Origin: a virus
IMG/VR virus record: IMGVR_UViG_3300044712_000063
Coordinates: 1-33,897 of that record
Strand: one strand, 5' to 3'
DNA: 33,897 bases
The translations under genes and the position numbers were made by a program. The notes below the pieces were generated by a model. It saw only the letters and a list, made by a program, of their open reading frames with translations. It had not been told where the DNA came from and made no database searches. Positions 16,144 through 23,758 of this stretch are shown here, one piece after another; the stretch's first letter is position 1; every line of letters begins with the position of its first letter.

Positions 16144-16795
16144 ACAAATGACAAATCCAAACATTTACCAGGCTATCAATAGCATCATGCAGGACATTAG
16201 TGCTATAGGTAAAAACAAAAAGAACAGCCAGCAGGGCTATTCATTCAGGGGCATTGATGACATGTACAATGCATTGCAGCCAATGTTCAAAGAACACAAT
16301 GTATTCATTACTAGCAATGTGCTAGAATCTAAAAGAGAGGAAAGACAAACAGCTAAGGGAGGCACACTGATTTATACCATTGCTAAATGTCAGTTCAAGT
16401 TCTATACTATTGATGGATCATTCATTGAATCTATCATTGAGGGAGAGGCAATGGATTCAGGTGACAAGTCTACAAACAAGGCAATGTCTACTGCATTGAA
16501 ATATGCTTTGATGCAAATGTTTCTGATCCCTACAGAGGAAAAACTAGATACTGAATATCACAGCCATGAGGTAGTAGCAAAGACAGTGAAACAGCCTGAT
16601 CCAGTATTGAATGAAATTGATTTAATGGCCAGGAAAGTCTACACTACTGCTGATGACATATTGATAGTGCTGGATAGCTGTGAGACCATTGGACAGCTTA
16701 ATACACTATATCACATGAATAGTAAGCTAGTAGAGGAATCAAATATCAAATCACAATTCACAATAAAGAAAGATGCAATCAGAAAAACTATCTAA
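16130..16795 (+). CDS. ERF-family single-strand annealing recombinase
   Basis: 'GYSFRGIDDMYNALQPMF' and 'DKSTNKAMSTALKYALMQMFLIPTEE' match the remembered ERF signature. An alternative start is ATG at 16148. Confidence 0.8.
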   Translation: MKTSKQMTNPNIYQAINSIMQDISAIGKNKKNSQQGYSFRGIDDMYNALQPMFKEHNVFITSNVLESKREERQTAKGGTLIYTIAKCQFKFYTIDGSFIESIIEGEAMDSGDKSTNKAMSTALKYALMQMFLIPTEEKLDTEYHSHEVVAKTVKQPDPVLNEIDLMARKVYTTADDILIVLDSCETIGQLNTLYHMNSKLVEESNIKSQFTIKKDAIRKTI

Positions 16796-17213
16796 ACTAG
16801 ATGACATAAAAGTGGGTGAAATATCACCCACTAAATTTGGCCTGGATCTAATGGCTGAGGCTATAGCAGAACAGGTGCAGAATGGCAATTTAAACGCATT
16901 AGACACAGCCATCAGGCTGAATGCTATGGAACAGCTGACAAAGATGATCAAAGATAAAATCAGCAAGGATGTAATGAATGAACTGTACAAACATCCAAAG
17001 CAAAAAGCAGAGATCAATGGTGTGCAGGTATCAGAATTTAGTAGTGTGAAATATGACTACAGCCATCTACCTGGATGGTCAGAACTGGATCAGCAGATAG
17101 CAGAACTGACTGAGAAAAGAAAGGCCATTGAGGATCATGAGAAAACATATCACAAAGGTGATTTGCCTATCAAATCAAGTACAGTGACATTCAAAATTCA
17201 AATACCAAAATAA
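16773..17213 (+). CDS. Hypothetical protein of the recombination module
   Basis: 146-aa ORF overlapping the ERF 3' end. Confidence 0.65.
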   Translation: MQSEKLSKLDDIKVGEISPTKFGLDLMAEAIAEQVQNGNLNALDTAIRLNAMEQLTKMIKDKISKDVMNELYKHPKQKAEINGVQVSEFSSVKYDYSHLPGWSELDQQIAELTEKRKAIEDHEKTYHKGDLPIKSSTVTFKIQIPK

Positions 17214-17214
17214 C

Positions 17215-17412
17215 ATGGCAAAATCATTTAAAACACCTGGTCAAAAAATCAGGGAGTATATAGAACAAAATGAAATATTTACAGGTAATGACTGGCAGCC
17301 ATTTTTTGATCAGATTGACACTGAATTTAGAACATCAATTATATCAGCTGCTAAGTATGGCAGTGGTGATCCTGACAAGTACTATTTCATGAATTATATT
17401 GATAACGATTAA
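17215..17412 (+). CDS. Hypothetical small protein
   Basis: 65-aa ORF with the AAATAACATGG start context. Confidence 0.6.
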   Translation: MAKSFKTPGQKIREYIEQNEIFTGNDWQPFFDQIDTEFRTSIISAAKYGSGDPDKYYFMNYIDND

Positions 17413-17423
17413 AATCCAATAAC

Positions 17424-17717
17424 ATGGCAAATCAAGATGAGAAAATCCGCTTAGGTAGTGGAAAGAAAAAAAGTGAATCATGGTTTAAAACATCTTTGTG
17501 CATAGATGATGCATTAGATCATGCATTTGAGTATAATGGGAAAAGGTATGTAAAAGTAGACATCAATGTCTATTCTGAGCCTGATAAGTTCGGCAAAGAT
17601 GTAAAGGTGACACTGGACACATACAAGCCTGATCAAACAAAATCAGCAAATGCACCAGTCAAAAAATCTGCACCTGTAGTAGATGCTGAAATCATTGATG
17701 GTGATCTACCATTTTAA
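17424..17717 (+). CDS. Small protein ending in an SSB-like acidic tip (DGDLPF); putative compact ssDNA-binding protein or SSB-tail mimic
   Basis: 97 aa: a ~70-aa beta-rich core, then a Pro/Ala/Lys linker, then the C-terminal 'IIDGDLPF', which resembles the bacterial SSB 'DDDIPF' tip. It lies next to ERF. Confidence 0.5.
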   Translation: MANQDEKIRLGSGKKKSESWFKTSLCIDDALDHAFEYNGKRYVKVDINVYSEPDKFGKDVKVTLDTYKPDQTKSANAPVKKSAPVVDAEIIDGDLPF

Positions 17718-17725
17718 TTTTAAAT

Positions 17726-17750
17726 AGCCCAGTCTAAATGGCTGGGCTTT
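17726..17750 (+). terminator. Rho-independent terminator
   Basis: AGCCCAG (17726-17732) pairs with CTGGGCT (17742-17748), followed by TTT. Confidence 0.6.
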
Positions 17751-17761
17751 AATGATTTGCA

Positions 17762-17959
17762 ATGTTTGGAAATAGGAAATATAATATAAAGGATGTAGAT
17801 ACAAAAGGATGGATCTATCTGTACAAAAATGACAAATTGATCAGGGATAGACCATTTTGTTCTAGAAAATTACGGAGAAAATTTTTGAATGAATTTATGA
17901 AAGTATGTAAGACAGGAACACCTGATTGCTACTACATTGACATAAAACTTGACATGTAA
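17762..17959 (+). CDS. Hypothetical small basic protein
   Basis: 65-aa ORF; the first gene of a two-gene unit bracketed by terminators. Confidence 0.6.
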   Translation: MFGNRKYNIKDVDTKGWIYLYKNDKLIRDRPFCSRKLRRKFLNEFMKVCKTGTPDCYYIDIKLDM

Positions 17960-17961
17960 AT

Positions 17962-18231
17962 ATGTACGACTATAATACAAGCCTGCCAGCATATAATGAG
18001 GCAAAGCAAAACATAAACAATAAACAGCAGGATGTCCTGGATGCTATTGAAAAACTAGGTGTGTGCTGTGATCATCAGATTGCTGAATACCTGGGCTGGC
18101 CTATCAATAGGGTGACACCTAGGAGGGGTGAAATGGTAGATGCAGGAAAGATACATATTGCATTCAGGGGCAAAGATTTTGAGACAGGTAGGACAGTAAA
18201 TTTTTGGAAAATATCAAATTTTATTTTGTAG
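17962..18231 (+). CDS. Winged-helix DNA-binding protein
   Basis: 'QQDVLDAIEKLGVCCDHQIAEYLGWPINRVTPRRGEMVDAGKI' has a MarR-like wHTH pattern. Confidence 0.6.
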   Translation: MYDYNTSLPAYNEAKQNINNKQQDVLDAIEKLGVCCDHQIAEYLGWPINRVTPRRGEMVDAGKIHIAFRGKDFETGRTVNFWKISNFIL

Positions 18232-18275
18232 TTTCAATTTATTTGAACATATTTGAAAAACGATTCATGCAGTAG

Positions 18276-18290
18276 TGGATGACTGGATGA
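18276..18290 (+). repeat. Tandem TGGATGA-C-TGGATGA direct repeat, with an inverted ATCCA at 18324-18328
   Basis: Read directly. It lies in the 123-nt non-coding gap between the wHTH gene and the replisome-organiser gene. Confidence 0.5.
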
Positions 18291-18311
18291 GTTTATTGGT
18301 TTGTAATAACC

Positions 18312-18349
18312 TGCCCCTTTGCGATCCACAGCACTGGGGCATTTTTTTT
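18312..18349 (+). terminator. Rho-independent terminator
   Basis: TGCCCC (18312-18317) pairs with GGGGCA (18336-18341), followed by T8. Confidence 0.65.
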
Positions 18350-18354
18350 AAACT

Positions 18355-19122
18355 ATGGGTAAAAGATTTACTGATACAGAGAAATGGAAAAAGCCATTTA
18401 TAAGGGGCTTACAAGCCCCATACAAACTACTATGGCTGTACATCTGTGATGACTGTGATCATGCAGGAATTTGGCAGGTAGACATTGAAGTGGCACAAAT
18501 TAGAGTGGGGGAAAAACTAGATGAAAAAAAAGCACTACAATTTTTTGGTGATAAGGTTATCCCTATTGATGGTGGGACAAAATGGTTTATACCAGCTTTC
18601 ATAGAGTTTCAATATCCATCAGGCCTGAGTGAAAATAACAAGGCACACACTGGAATCATAAAAATTTTAGAAAAATATCAAAACCAAATAAATGACTTTA
18701 AGCCCCTTGGAAGCCCCTTGCAAGGGGACAAGGATATGGATATGGATAAGGATAAGGAAATGGATAAGGTAATGGATAAGGAAAGGAAACCAAAAAAAAC
18801 AGATCATCTATTTTCAGAATCACCATTTTTTGAATTAGAAACTTTTAAAAACCAGTTCATAGGTACACAGTATGAGGGTGCGAATTTTAACTACTACCAT
18901 GAGGTAATCAATAACTGGTCAGCATCAAACGGAAACAAAAAAAAGGACTGGATTGCTACAGCTAAAAACTGGATGGCATCAGACATGACAAAAGGAAAAT
19001 TCATTGATAACAAATTCAAACCAAATACAAATGGAAATTCAAAAACATACCAAACAAGAACTAGCCATATCACAGACGAGCAGCTTAACCAGGCAATTTT
19101 TAAACGCAGTCATGGTGGGTAG
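18355..19122 (+). CDS. Putative replisome organiser / replication initiation protein
   Basis: The N-terminus 'FTDTEKWKKPFIRGLQAPYKLLWLYICDDCDHAGIW' resembles phage replisome-organiser N-domains. The call also rests on position and an internal DK/M low-complexity linker. Confidence 0.45.
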   Translation: MGKRFTDTEKWKKPFIRGLQAPYKLLWLYICDDCDHAGIWQVDIEVAQIRVGEKLDEKKALQFFGDKVIPIDGGTKWFIPAFIEFQYPSGLSENNKAHTGIIKILEKYQNQINDFKPLGSPLQGDKDMDMDKDKEMDKVMDKERKPKKTDHLFSESPFFELETFKNQFIGTQYEGANFNYYHEVINNWSASNGNKKKDWIATAKNWMASDMTKGKFIDNKFKPNTNGNSKTYQTRTSHITDEQLNQAIFKRSHGG

Positions 19123-19651
19123 TACTGGGAAAGTACACAATGAACTATGCAGATACAAAGACAAAGGGAATCCAATGCCATTGGCTATCATTGAGAATAT
19201 ACCTGTAAGCAGTAGACTACCAGCCCTGGCAGCAAACTATGGCACAGATAAGATTGCAGCTGTAGTGGCAAAGGCTATCACAAAGGCATTGTCAAATTTC
19301 AATCTTAGGGTAGGTATGAATGCAGACCAGGTGCTAGAGTTAGCCTATGCACTGATTGATTCATCTGCTGAGGATCAGCTAGCATTTGAGGACATCATGC
19401 TTTTTCTAGATGGGATGACCAGGTTTAAATATGGGAAAGTCTATGATCGTATGGATATGCCTACATTTTTTGAGATGCTAGAAGTATACAGAGAACAAAG
19501 ACACCAGGAATTTATCAGCAAAAGAGATGAGAATCATTCACAATTCAAAGCAATGGGTGATTCAAATAGGATGTTACTAGACACAGAAAAAGAGGCATTC
19601 AGAGATGCCATGAAAAACTACATGCAAACAAATGCAAAAAATAATCAGTAA
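19112..19651 (+). CDS. Hypothetical replication-module protein
   Basis: ATG at 19112 overlaps the upstream stop codon. The track's start at 19004 would overlap the previous gene by 119 nt. Confidence 0.6.
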   Translation: MVGSTGKVHNELCRYKDKGNPMPLAIIENIPVSSRLPALAANYGTDKIAAVVAKAITKALSNFNLRVGMNADQVLELAYALIDSSAEDQLAFEDIMLFLDGMTRFKYGKVYDRMDMPTFFEMLEVYREQRHQEFISKRDENHSQFKAMGDSNRMLLDTEKEAFRDAMKNYMQTNAKNNQ

Positions 19652-19692
19652 AATATTTTTTACTATCAAAAATTTAATTGTACATTTGGAAT

Positions 19693-20007
19693 ATGAAAGA
19701 TTTGACAGTTTCACAAATTACAGCAGAGGCAATCAAAATACTGGATTCTAGATTCTGTTTTGTATGGAGGCAAAATAATCTAGCAGTAAAAGGCAGGACA
19801 TTTAATGGACTAAAAGGTGTACCTGACATCATAGGGTACAATAAATTTACTGGTGTCAGTGTTTATTGTGAGGTGAAAACTATCAATGATAAAATGAGCC
19901 AGTATCAAATAGATTTTATGAATAAGGCAAAAACATCAGGATGCCACTGCCTGATAGCTACTGATCAAAATGGTCAGGTAGTTTTAAAAGAGTGGACAAA
20001 CTACTAA
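19693..20007 (+). CDS. VRR-NUC / PD-(D/E)xK nuclease (possible Holliday-junction resolvase)
   Basis: 'GVPDIIGY...VYCEVKT' forms a PD...E-x-K motif. ATG at 19693 is preferred over TTG at 19678. A TAcaTTTG box lies at 19681-19688. Confidence 0.6.
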   Translation: MKDLTVSQITAEAIKILDSRFCFVWRQNNLAVKGRTFNGLKGVPDIIGYNKFTGVSVYCEVKTINDKMSQYQIDFMNKAKTSGCHCLIATDQNGQVVLKEWTNY

Positions 20008-20010
20008 CCT

Positions 20011-20712
20011 ATGAACAAAGAGCAAATCATCACACAAATGTACCTGGACAAAGACATCAGCCAGGCAATCAGCAAAATGCAGCCAGTAGAATTGCAGGAT
20101 GATCTAAGACAGGAAATTTTTCTAGTGCTATGTGAGATGAATGATGAACGATTGTGTGGGATGTGGACTAGTGGGTATTTGAAATATTTTGTAGTGAGGA
20201 CAATGCTGAACATGGCAAAGAGTGACAGGTCTACTTTTTTCAATCAATTCAAAAAATCATTTACTGAATATTGTGATAACTATGAGAAAGCTGATGACAG
20301 CAATGGCATAGATGATGAGATGGATTCTAAGGTGAAAAAATCAATGGGTGAGTTACACTGGTACGAAAAAAATGTATTTGAACTATATGCTGACAATGGT
20401 AGGAATATTTTGAAATTGAGCAGAGATACGAAAATACCATATAGATCCCTATTTAAAACTGTAACTAAGGTTAAAAAGAAACTTTCAAAAGCAGTGAGAA
20501 AAGAGGACACCCAACAAAAAAAGCTGATAGGCAATTTCATTCATGCAGGCCTGGATGTAGTGATTGACATAAACAAAGAGACTGACATGGATGCACTACT
20601 TGACATCATGGATGAAGTGAATGAGTACATCAGAGAAAAAATTGAGGGTAGATCAAAGGATGATGTTTGCATCAAATCTATTGGAGGACTAAGAATCAAA
20701 ACTGTAATATGA
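20011..20712 (+). CDS. ECF-like RNA polymerase sigma factor with a C-terminal extension
   Basis: Region-2-like 'DLRQEIFLVL...YLKYFVVRTMLNMAKSDRSTFF' and region-4-like 'LHWYEKNVFELYADNGRNILKLSRDTKIPYRSLFKTVTKVKKKL'. Confidence 0.6.
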   Translation: MNKEQIITQMYLDKDISQAISKMQPVELQDDLRQEIFLVLCEMNDERLCGMWTSGYLKYFVVRTMLNMAKSDRSTFFNQFKKSFTEYCDNYEKADDSNGIDDEMDSKVKKSMGELHWYEKNVFELYADNGRNILKLSRDTKIPYRSLFKTVTKVKKKLSKAVRKEDTQQKKLIGNFIHAGLDVVIDINKETDMDALLDIMDEVNEYIREKIEGRSKDDVCIKSIGGLRIKTVI

Positions 20713-20963
20713 TAATTTTAAACATTCTAGCATCAGCACTATTCAGTTTCTATTTCATAGAGATGGGTAGATTTCACAAAAAATGGAAACTAGATTTCAG
20801 GCCATTCAACTGCCTGGTATGTCTACCTGCATGGGTAGCATTAGCACTGTACCTATTGCCAAACTATGTCACTGATGTGATTATAGTGATGATGGGTGCT
20901 GCAATCCTTTCCGTATTACTTAAAACATTAATGAACAAGGCTTATGAAACAGGAACACATTGA
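20709..20963 (+). CDS. Small integral membrane protein (three predicted TM segments), translationally coupled to the sigma factor gene
   Basis: ATG at 20709 overlaps the sigma gene's TGA (ATATGA). Hydrophobic segments are 'IILNILASALFSFYFI', 'CLVCLPAWVALALYLL' and 'VIIVMMGAAILSVLL'. Confidence 0.6.
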   Translation: MIILNILASALFSFYFIEMGRFHKKWKLDFRPFNCLVCLPAWVALALYLLPNYVTDVIIVMMGAAILSVLLKTLMNKAYETGTH

Positions 20964-21279
20964 TTTTATTGAAAAGAACAAAATCAATTTTGACACAGTA
21001 AAACTAGGGTACACTAGAAACATACCTATCCAGGATTTACAAATGTATGAGCATATCTATCATTTGTATTTGAATCCTAGCTATGTATTGACATACTGGT
21101 GTGGTGATTGTGTATTTGACATGCTAAAACGATTGATGTACTACTATGAGGGATTGCCAAAAGCAGAGCCTGTAGTAGAAGATAATCGCATTGAGTGGTA
21201 TGAAACACCTGTACAAGTTAGACTTAATGTACAAGAAGATCCAAAACCAAAAGCAAAACCGAAAGCAAAAAAGAAATAA
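20944..21279 (+). CDS. Hypothetical protein with a Lys/Pro-rich tail
   Basis: 111-aa ORF ending in 'KPKAKPKAKKK'. Confidence 0.6.
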   Translation: MKQEHIDFIEKNKINFDTVKLGYTRNIPIQDLQMYEHIYHLYLNPSYVLTYWCGDCVFDMLKRLMYYYEGLPKAEPVVEDNRIEWYETPVQVRLNVQEDPKPKAKPKAKKK

Positions 21280-21286
21280 AAATATT

Positions 21287-21360
21287 GTCACCCTGGGATC
21301 TATTTTTTAAAAATTAAACATTAATAATAAAATAGTAATTCGGGGGAAACCTGGGGTGAC
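21287..21360 (+). promoter_or_regulatory. Long imperfect hairpin enclosing an AT-rich loop
   Basis: GTCACCCTGGG (21287-21297) pairs with CCTGGGGTGAC (21350-21360): 11 bp including two G-U pairs. An inner CTATTTT / AAAATAG pairing is possible. ATTTTT follows. Confidence 0.4.
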
Positions 21361-21377
21361 ATTTTTAAACTACCACT

Positions 21378-21488
21378 ATGAAAGCACTACAATTTTTACA
21401 CTTTATTTTTATCTGTGTGCCACTGGCCTGCATGCTATATGTCACAGCTATCACATTGCAAAAAATTTTCAGCTTAATTAAGAAATGA
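21378..21488 (+). CDS. Small hydrophobic peptide (36 aa, MKALQFLHFIFICVPLACMLYVTAITLQKIFSLIKK), not in the ORF track
   Basis: Translated by hand. Its TGA overlaps the glycosyltransferase ATG (ATGA at 21485-21488). Confidence 0.45.
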   Translation: MKALQFLHFIFICVPLACMLYVTAITLQKIFSLIKK

Positions 21489-22492
21489 GACTACTAGTAA
21501 TCACCCAGCAAAACAGTGGGGTAGGCTATCACAGACTGATGCTACCTATCTACTACATGGCAAAAGATTATGCCTATTTCACAGATACTATAAATGATGA
21601 GGTACTATCAGAAAAGTTTGATCTAGTAGTAGTCAATAGGTACATACCCAGCTGCCACATATCTAATTTGATAGCATACAGGGAAAAGTATGGATTTAAA
21701 CTAATAGTAGACATTGATGACTACTGGCATCTAGATCCATGGCATATCCTTTATGGTCAGTATGAGGCACAGCCTATCATAGATCACATAAAAGCAGCTG
21801 ATCTAGTGACATGTACAAATATGAAATTAAGAGGTGAAATCAGCAAAATAAATGAGAATGTACATGTGATTCCAAATGCATTGCCATTTGGCAAAGATCA
21901 GTTCACAGATGTACATGTACCAGGTGAAAATGTCAGGGTAGTCTACACAGGATCTATCACACATCAAAAGGATGTGGCATTGCTAGGCAATCCATTCAAA
22001 AAGATTTTATCTGACAAAGTACTAGTCAATAAAATGCATTTTACATTGTGTGGATATGATCCAGCAAATGAATACAGCAAAATGATATGGCATAGAATGA
22101 TTCATGATTTTACATGTGGTCTGAAAATGCCAGGTGCAGTCAAAAAAGCATTGCCTATCATGGAATACATGAATTTCTATAATGAGGCTGACATTTCAGT
22201 AGTGCCACTGGTATCTAGCAAGTTCAATGGCATGAAATCAAACCTGAAAGTATTAGAGGCTGCCACTAAAAAGATCCCTGTCATTGTCAGCAATGTAGAT
22301 CCATACAAAGGCTGTCCCTATGCAGTCAAGGTAGAGAATCAAACTGACTGGTATAAAAACCTAAAAAAACTAGCAAATGATGCTATTTATAGGGAAGAGA
22401 TGGGTGAGGCAAACTATGAGTGGTGCAGCACTTATTTCCATTTGGATAAGATAAACGAACTGAGAGAGCAGCTGTACAGGTCATTGATATGA
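21485..22492 (+). CDS. Glycosyltransferase, GT-B fold (GT1/GT4-like)
   Basis: The C-terminal half 'ADISVVPLVSSKFNGMKSNLKVLEAATKKIPVIVSN' resembles the nucleotide-sugar-binding E-x7-E region of GT4 enzymes. Confidence 0.65.
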   Translation: MRLLVITQQNSGVGYHRLMLPIYYMAKDYAYFTDTINDEVLSEKFDLVVVNRYIPSCHISNLIAYREKYGFKLIVDIDDYWHLDPWHILYGQYEAQPIIDHIKAADLVTCTNMKLRGEISKINENVHVIPNALPFGKDQFTDVHVPGENVRVVYTGSITHQKDVALLGNPFKKILSDKVLVNKMHFTLCGYDPANEYSKMIWHRMIHDFTCGLKMPGAVKKALPIMEYMNFYNEADISVVPLVSSKFNGMKSNLKVLEAATKKIPVIVSNVDPYKGCPYAVKVENQTDWYKNLKKLANDAIYREEMGEANYEWCSTYFHLDKINELREQLYRSLI

Positions 22493-22746
22493 AAAAACAC
22501 ATAAAGGTCTACCTGGATCACTTTGACTATGATACAGATGACTACATACCATGTGAGGTCTGTGGCAGAAAGGCAGTAGACATTCACCATATCAAAGCCA
22601 GGGGGATGGGTGGATCAAATACAAAGGATGTGATTGAAAACCTACAGGCACTGTGCAGACAATGTCACCTGGACTATGGAGACAAAAAACAATGGATGGA
22701 ATATTTAAAAACTAAGCATAAAGAGACACTAGATGGCAAAAGGTAG
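22489..22746 (+). CDS. HNH endonuclease
   Basis: 'CEVCGRKAVDIHHIKARGMGGS...NLQALCRQCH' is a classical HNH / zinc-finger motif. Confidence 0.8.
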   Translation: MKKHIKVYLDHFDYDTDDYIPCEVCGRKAVDIHHIKARGMGGSNTKDVIENLQALCRQCHLDYGDKKQWMEYLKTKHKETLDGKR

Positions 22747-22855
22747 CAGCAATAGTACAAAGGTAAATTTCGGAAAACGAAAGCAGGGACATGCAAAAAA
22801 GAGTTTTAACAAACATTCACCTAGGCCAAAAGCCTACAGAGGTCAAGGCAGATGA
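22733..22855 (+). CDS. Very basic 40-aa protein (MAKGSSNSTKVNFGKRKQGHAKKSFNKHSPRPKAYRGQGR), not in the ORF track
   Basis: Translated by hand. It bridges the 22747-22851 gap, overlaps the HNH 3' end by 14 nt, and its TGA overlaps the next ATG (ATGA at 22852-22855). Confidence 0.5.
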   Translation: MAKGSSNSTKVNFGKRKQGHAKKSFNKHSPRPKAYRGQGR

Positions 22856-23097
22856 GAGACATCAATAAACGAAAGCTGAACAAGCTGATAGCCATTTGGC
22901 AGATCCTGACACATAAGTGCTACTATGTAGCTACCTGCAAAACAGGAATGAACAATGACACCATGAATCAGGTCAGCTTTATGACTAAGGGAATGGCTAA
23001 CACCATAGCCCACAATTTGACTGACATCATAGTACAGGATGAGATGCAGGACAATGCAGTGAATGAAGCCATGAATATATTAAACGGAATCAAATAA
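22852..23097 (+). CDS. Hypothetical protein
   Basis: 81-aa ORF. Confidence 0.6.
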   Translation: MRDINKRKLNKLIAIWQILTHKCYYVATCKTGMNNDTMNQVSFMTKGMANTIAHNLTDIIVQDEMQDNAVNEAMNILNGIK

Positions 23098-23104
23098 ACT
23101 ACCT

Positions 23105-23410
23105 ATGACACCAAAAGAAAAAGCAGCAGTACTAGTGAATCAAATGTATGAGGTATTCAATATGGATAAATATCCTGATGTTTTAATTGATGAAACTGAC
23201 AATGAATTGAATGACAAGCTATGGGACAAGAACAGAGAACTATTTGAATCAATCTATAAAAAGTTTGCCAAACAGTCTGCATTGATAGCAGTAGATGAAT
23301 TAATCTATTTTGGAGATACTGAACTTTTATCATCATTAATATTTGATGGAAATCAATATTGTGATAGAGATTTTTTTATAGATGTTAAAAAAGAAATAGA
23401 GGCACTATGA
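23105..23410 (+). CDS. Hypothetical protein
   Basis: 101-aa ORF. The 'AKQSALIAVDELI' motif recurs in many uncharacterised phage proteins, as far as I remember. Confidence 0.6.
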   Translation: MTPKEKAAVLVNQMYEVFNMDKYPDVLIDETDNELNDKLWDKNRELFESIYKKFAKQSALIAVDELIYFGDTELLSSLIFDGNQYCDRDFFIDVKKEIEAL

Positions 23411-23757
23411 TAATACTACCAGCACAAATTGAAAGCATAGCATCACGAAAGGATAAGACTGTCAGGATCACACTAGGCACACAGGAACTATCACCTGCAC
23501 AGGCTGCTGAGATCTTTCAGATGAATCAAAAGTTTTGCTATACAGCCATCAAAGAGGAACTATTCACTACCACAGAGGCAGATGAGATCAATGCATTGAA
23601 AACTGACCTTGACACAGAAAAGACACCCAGCCAAAGACTGAGGGGCATCCTTTATGTGAACTATCAGCAAAAGGCTGAGGGCTACAAAGACTTTGCCACA
23701 TACTACCAGGCAAAGATGGAAAAAATATGTGACCACTTTAAAAGCAAACTAGACTGA
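23407..23757 (+). CDS. Hypothetical protein
   Basis: 116-aa ORF with an ATGA overlap to the upstream gene. Confidence 0.6.
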   Translation: MIILPAQIESIASRKDKTVRITLGTQELSPAQAAEIFQMNQKFCYTAIKEELFTTTEADEINALKTDLDTEKTPSQRLRGILYVNYQQKAEGYKDFATYYQAKMEKICDHFKSKLD

Positions 23758-23758
23758 T

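Noticed and set aside
18939-18945. In-phase A_AAA_AAG heptamer (A8 run) in the replisome-organiser gene as a programmed frameshift site
   Set aside because: A -1 slip would end after 6 codons at no obvious domain boundary. Lys-Lys-Lys coding with AAA/AAG yields such heptamers by chance. It serves as a caution for the portal heptamer.
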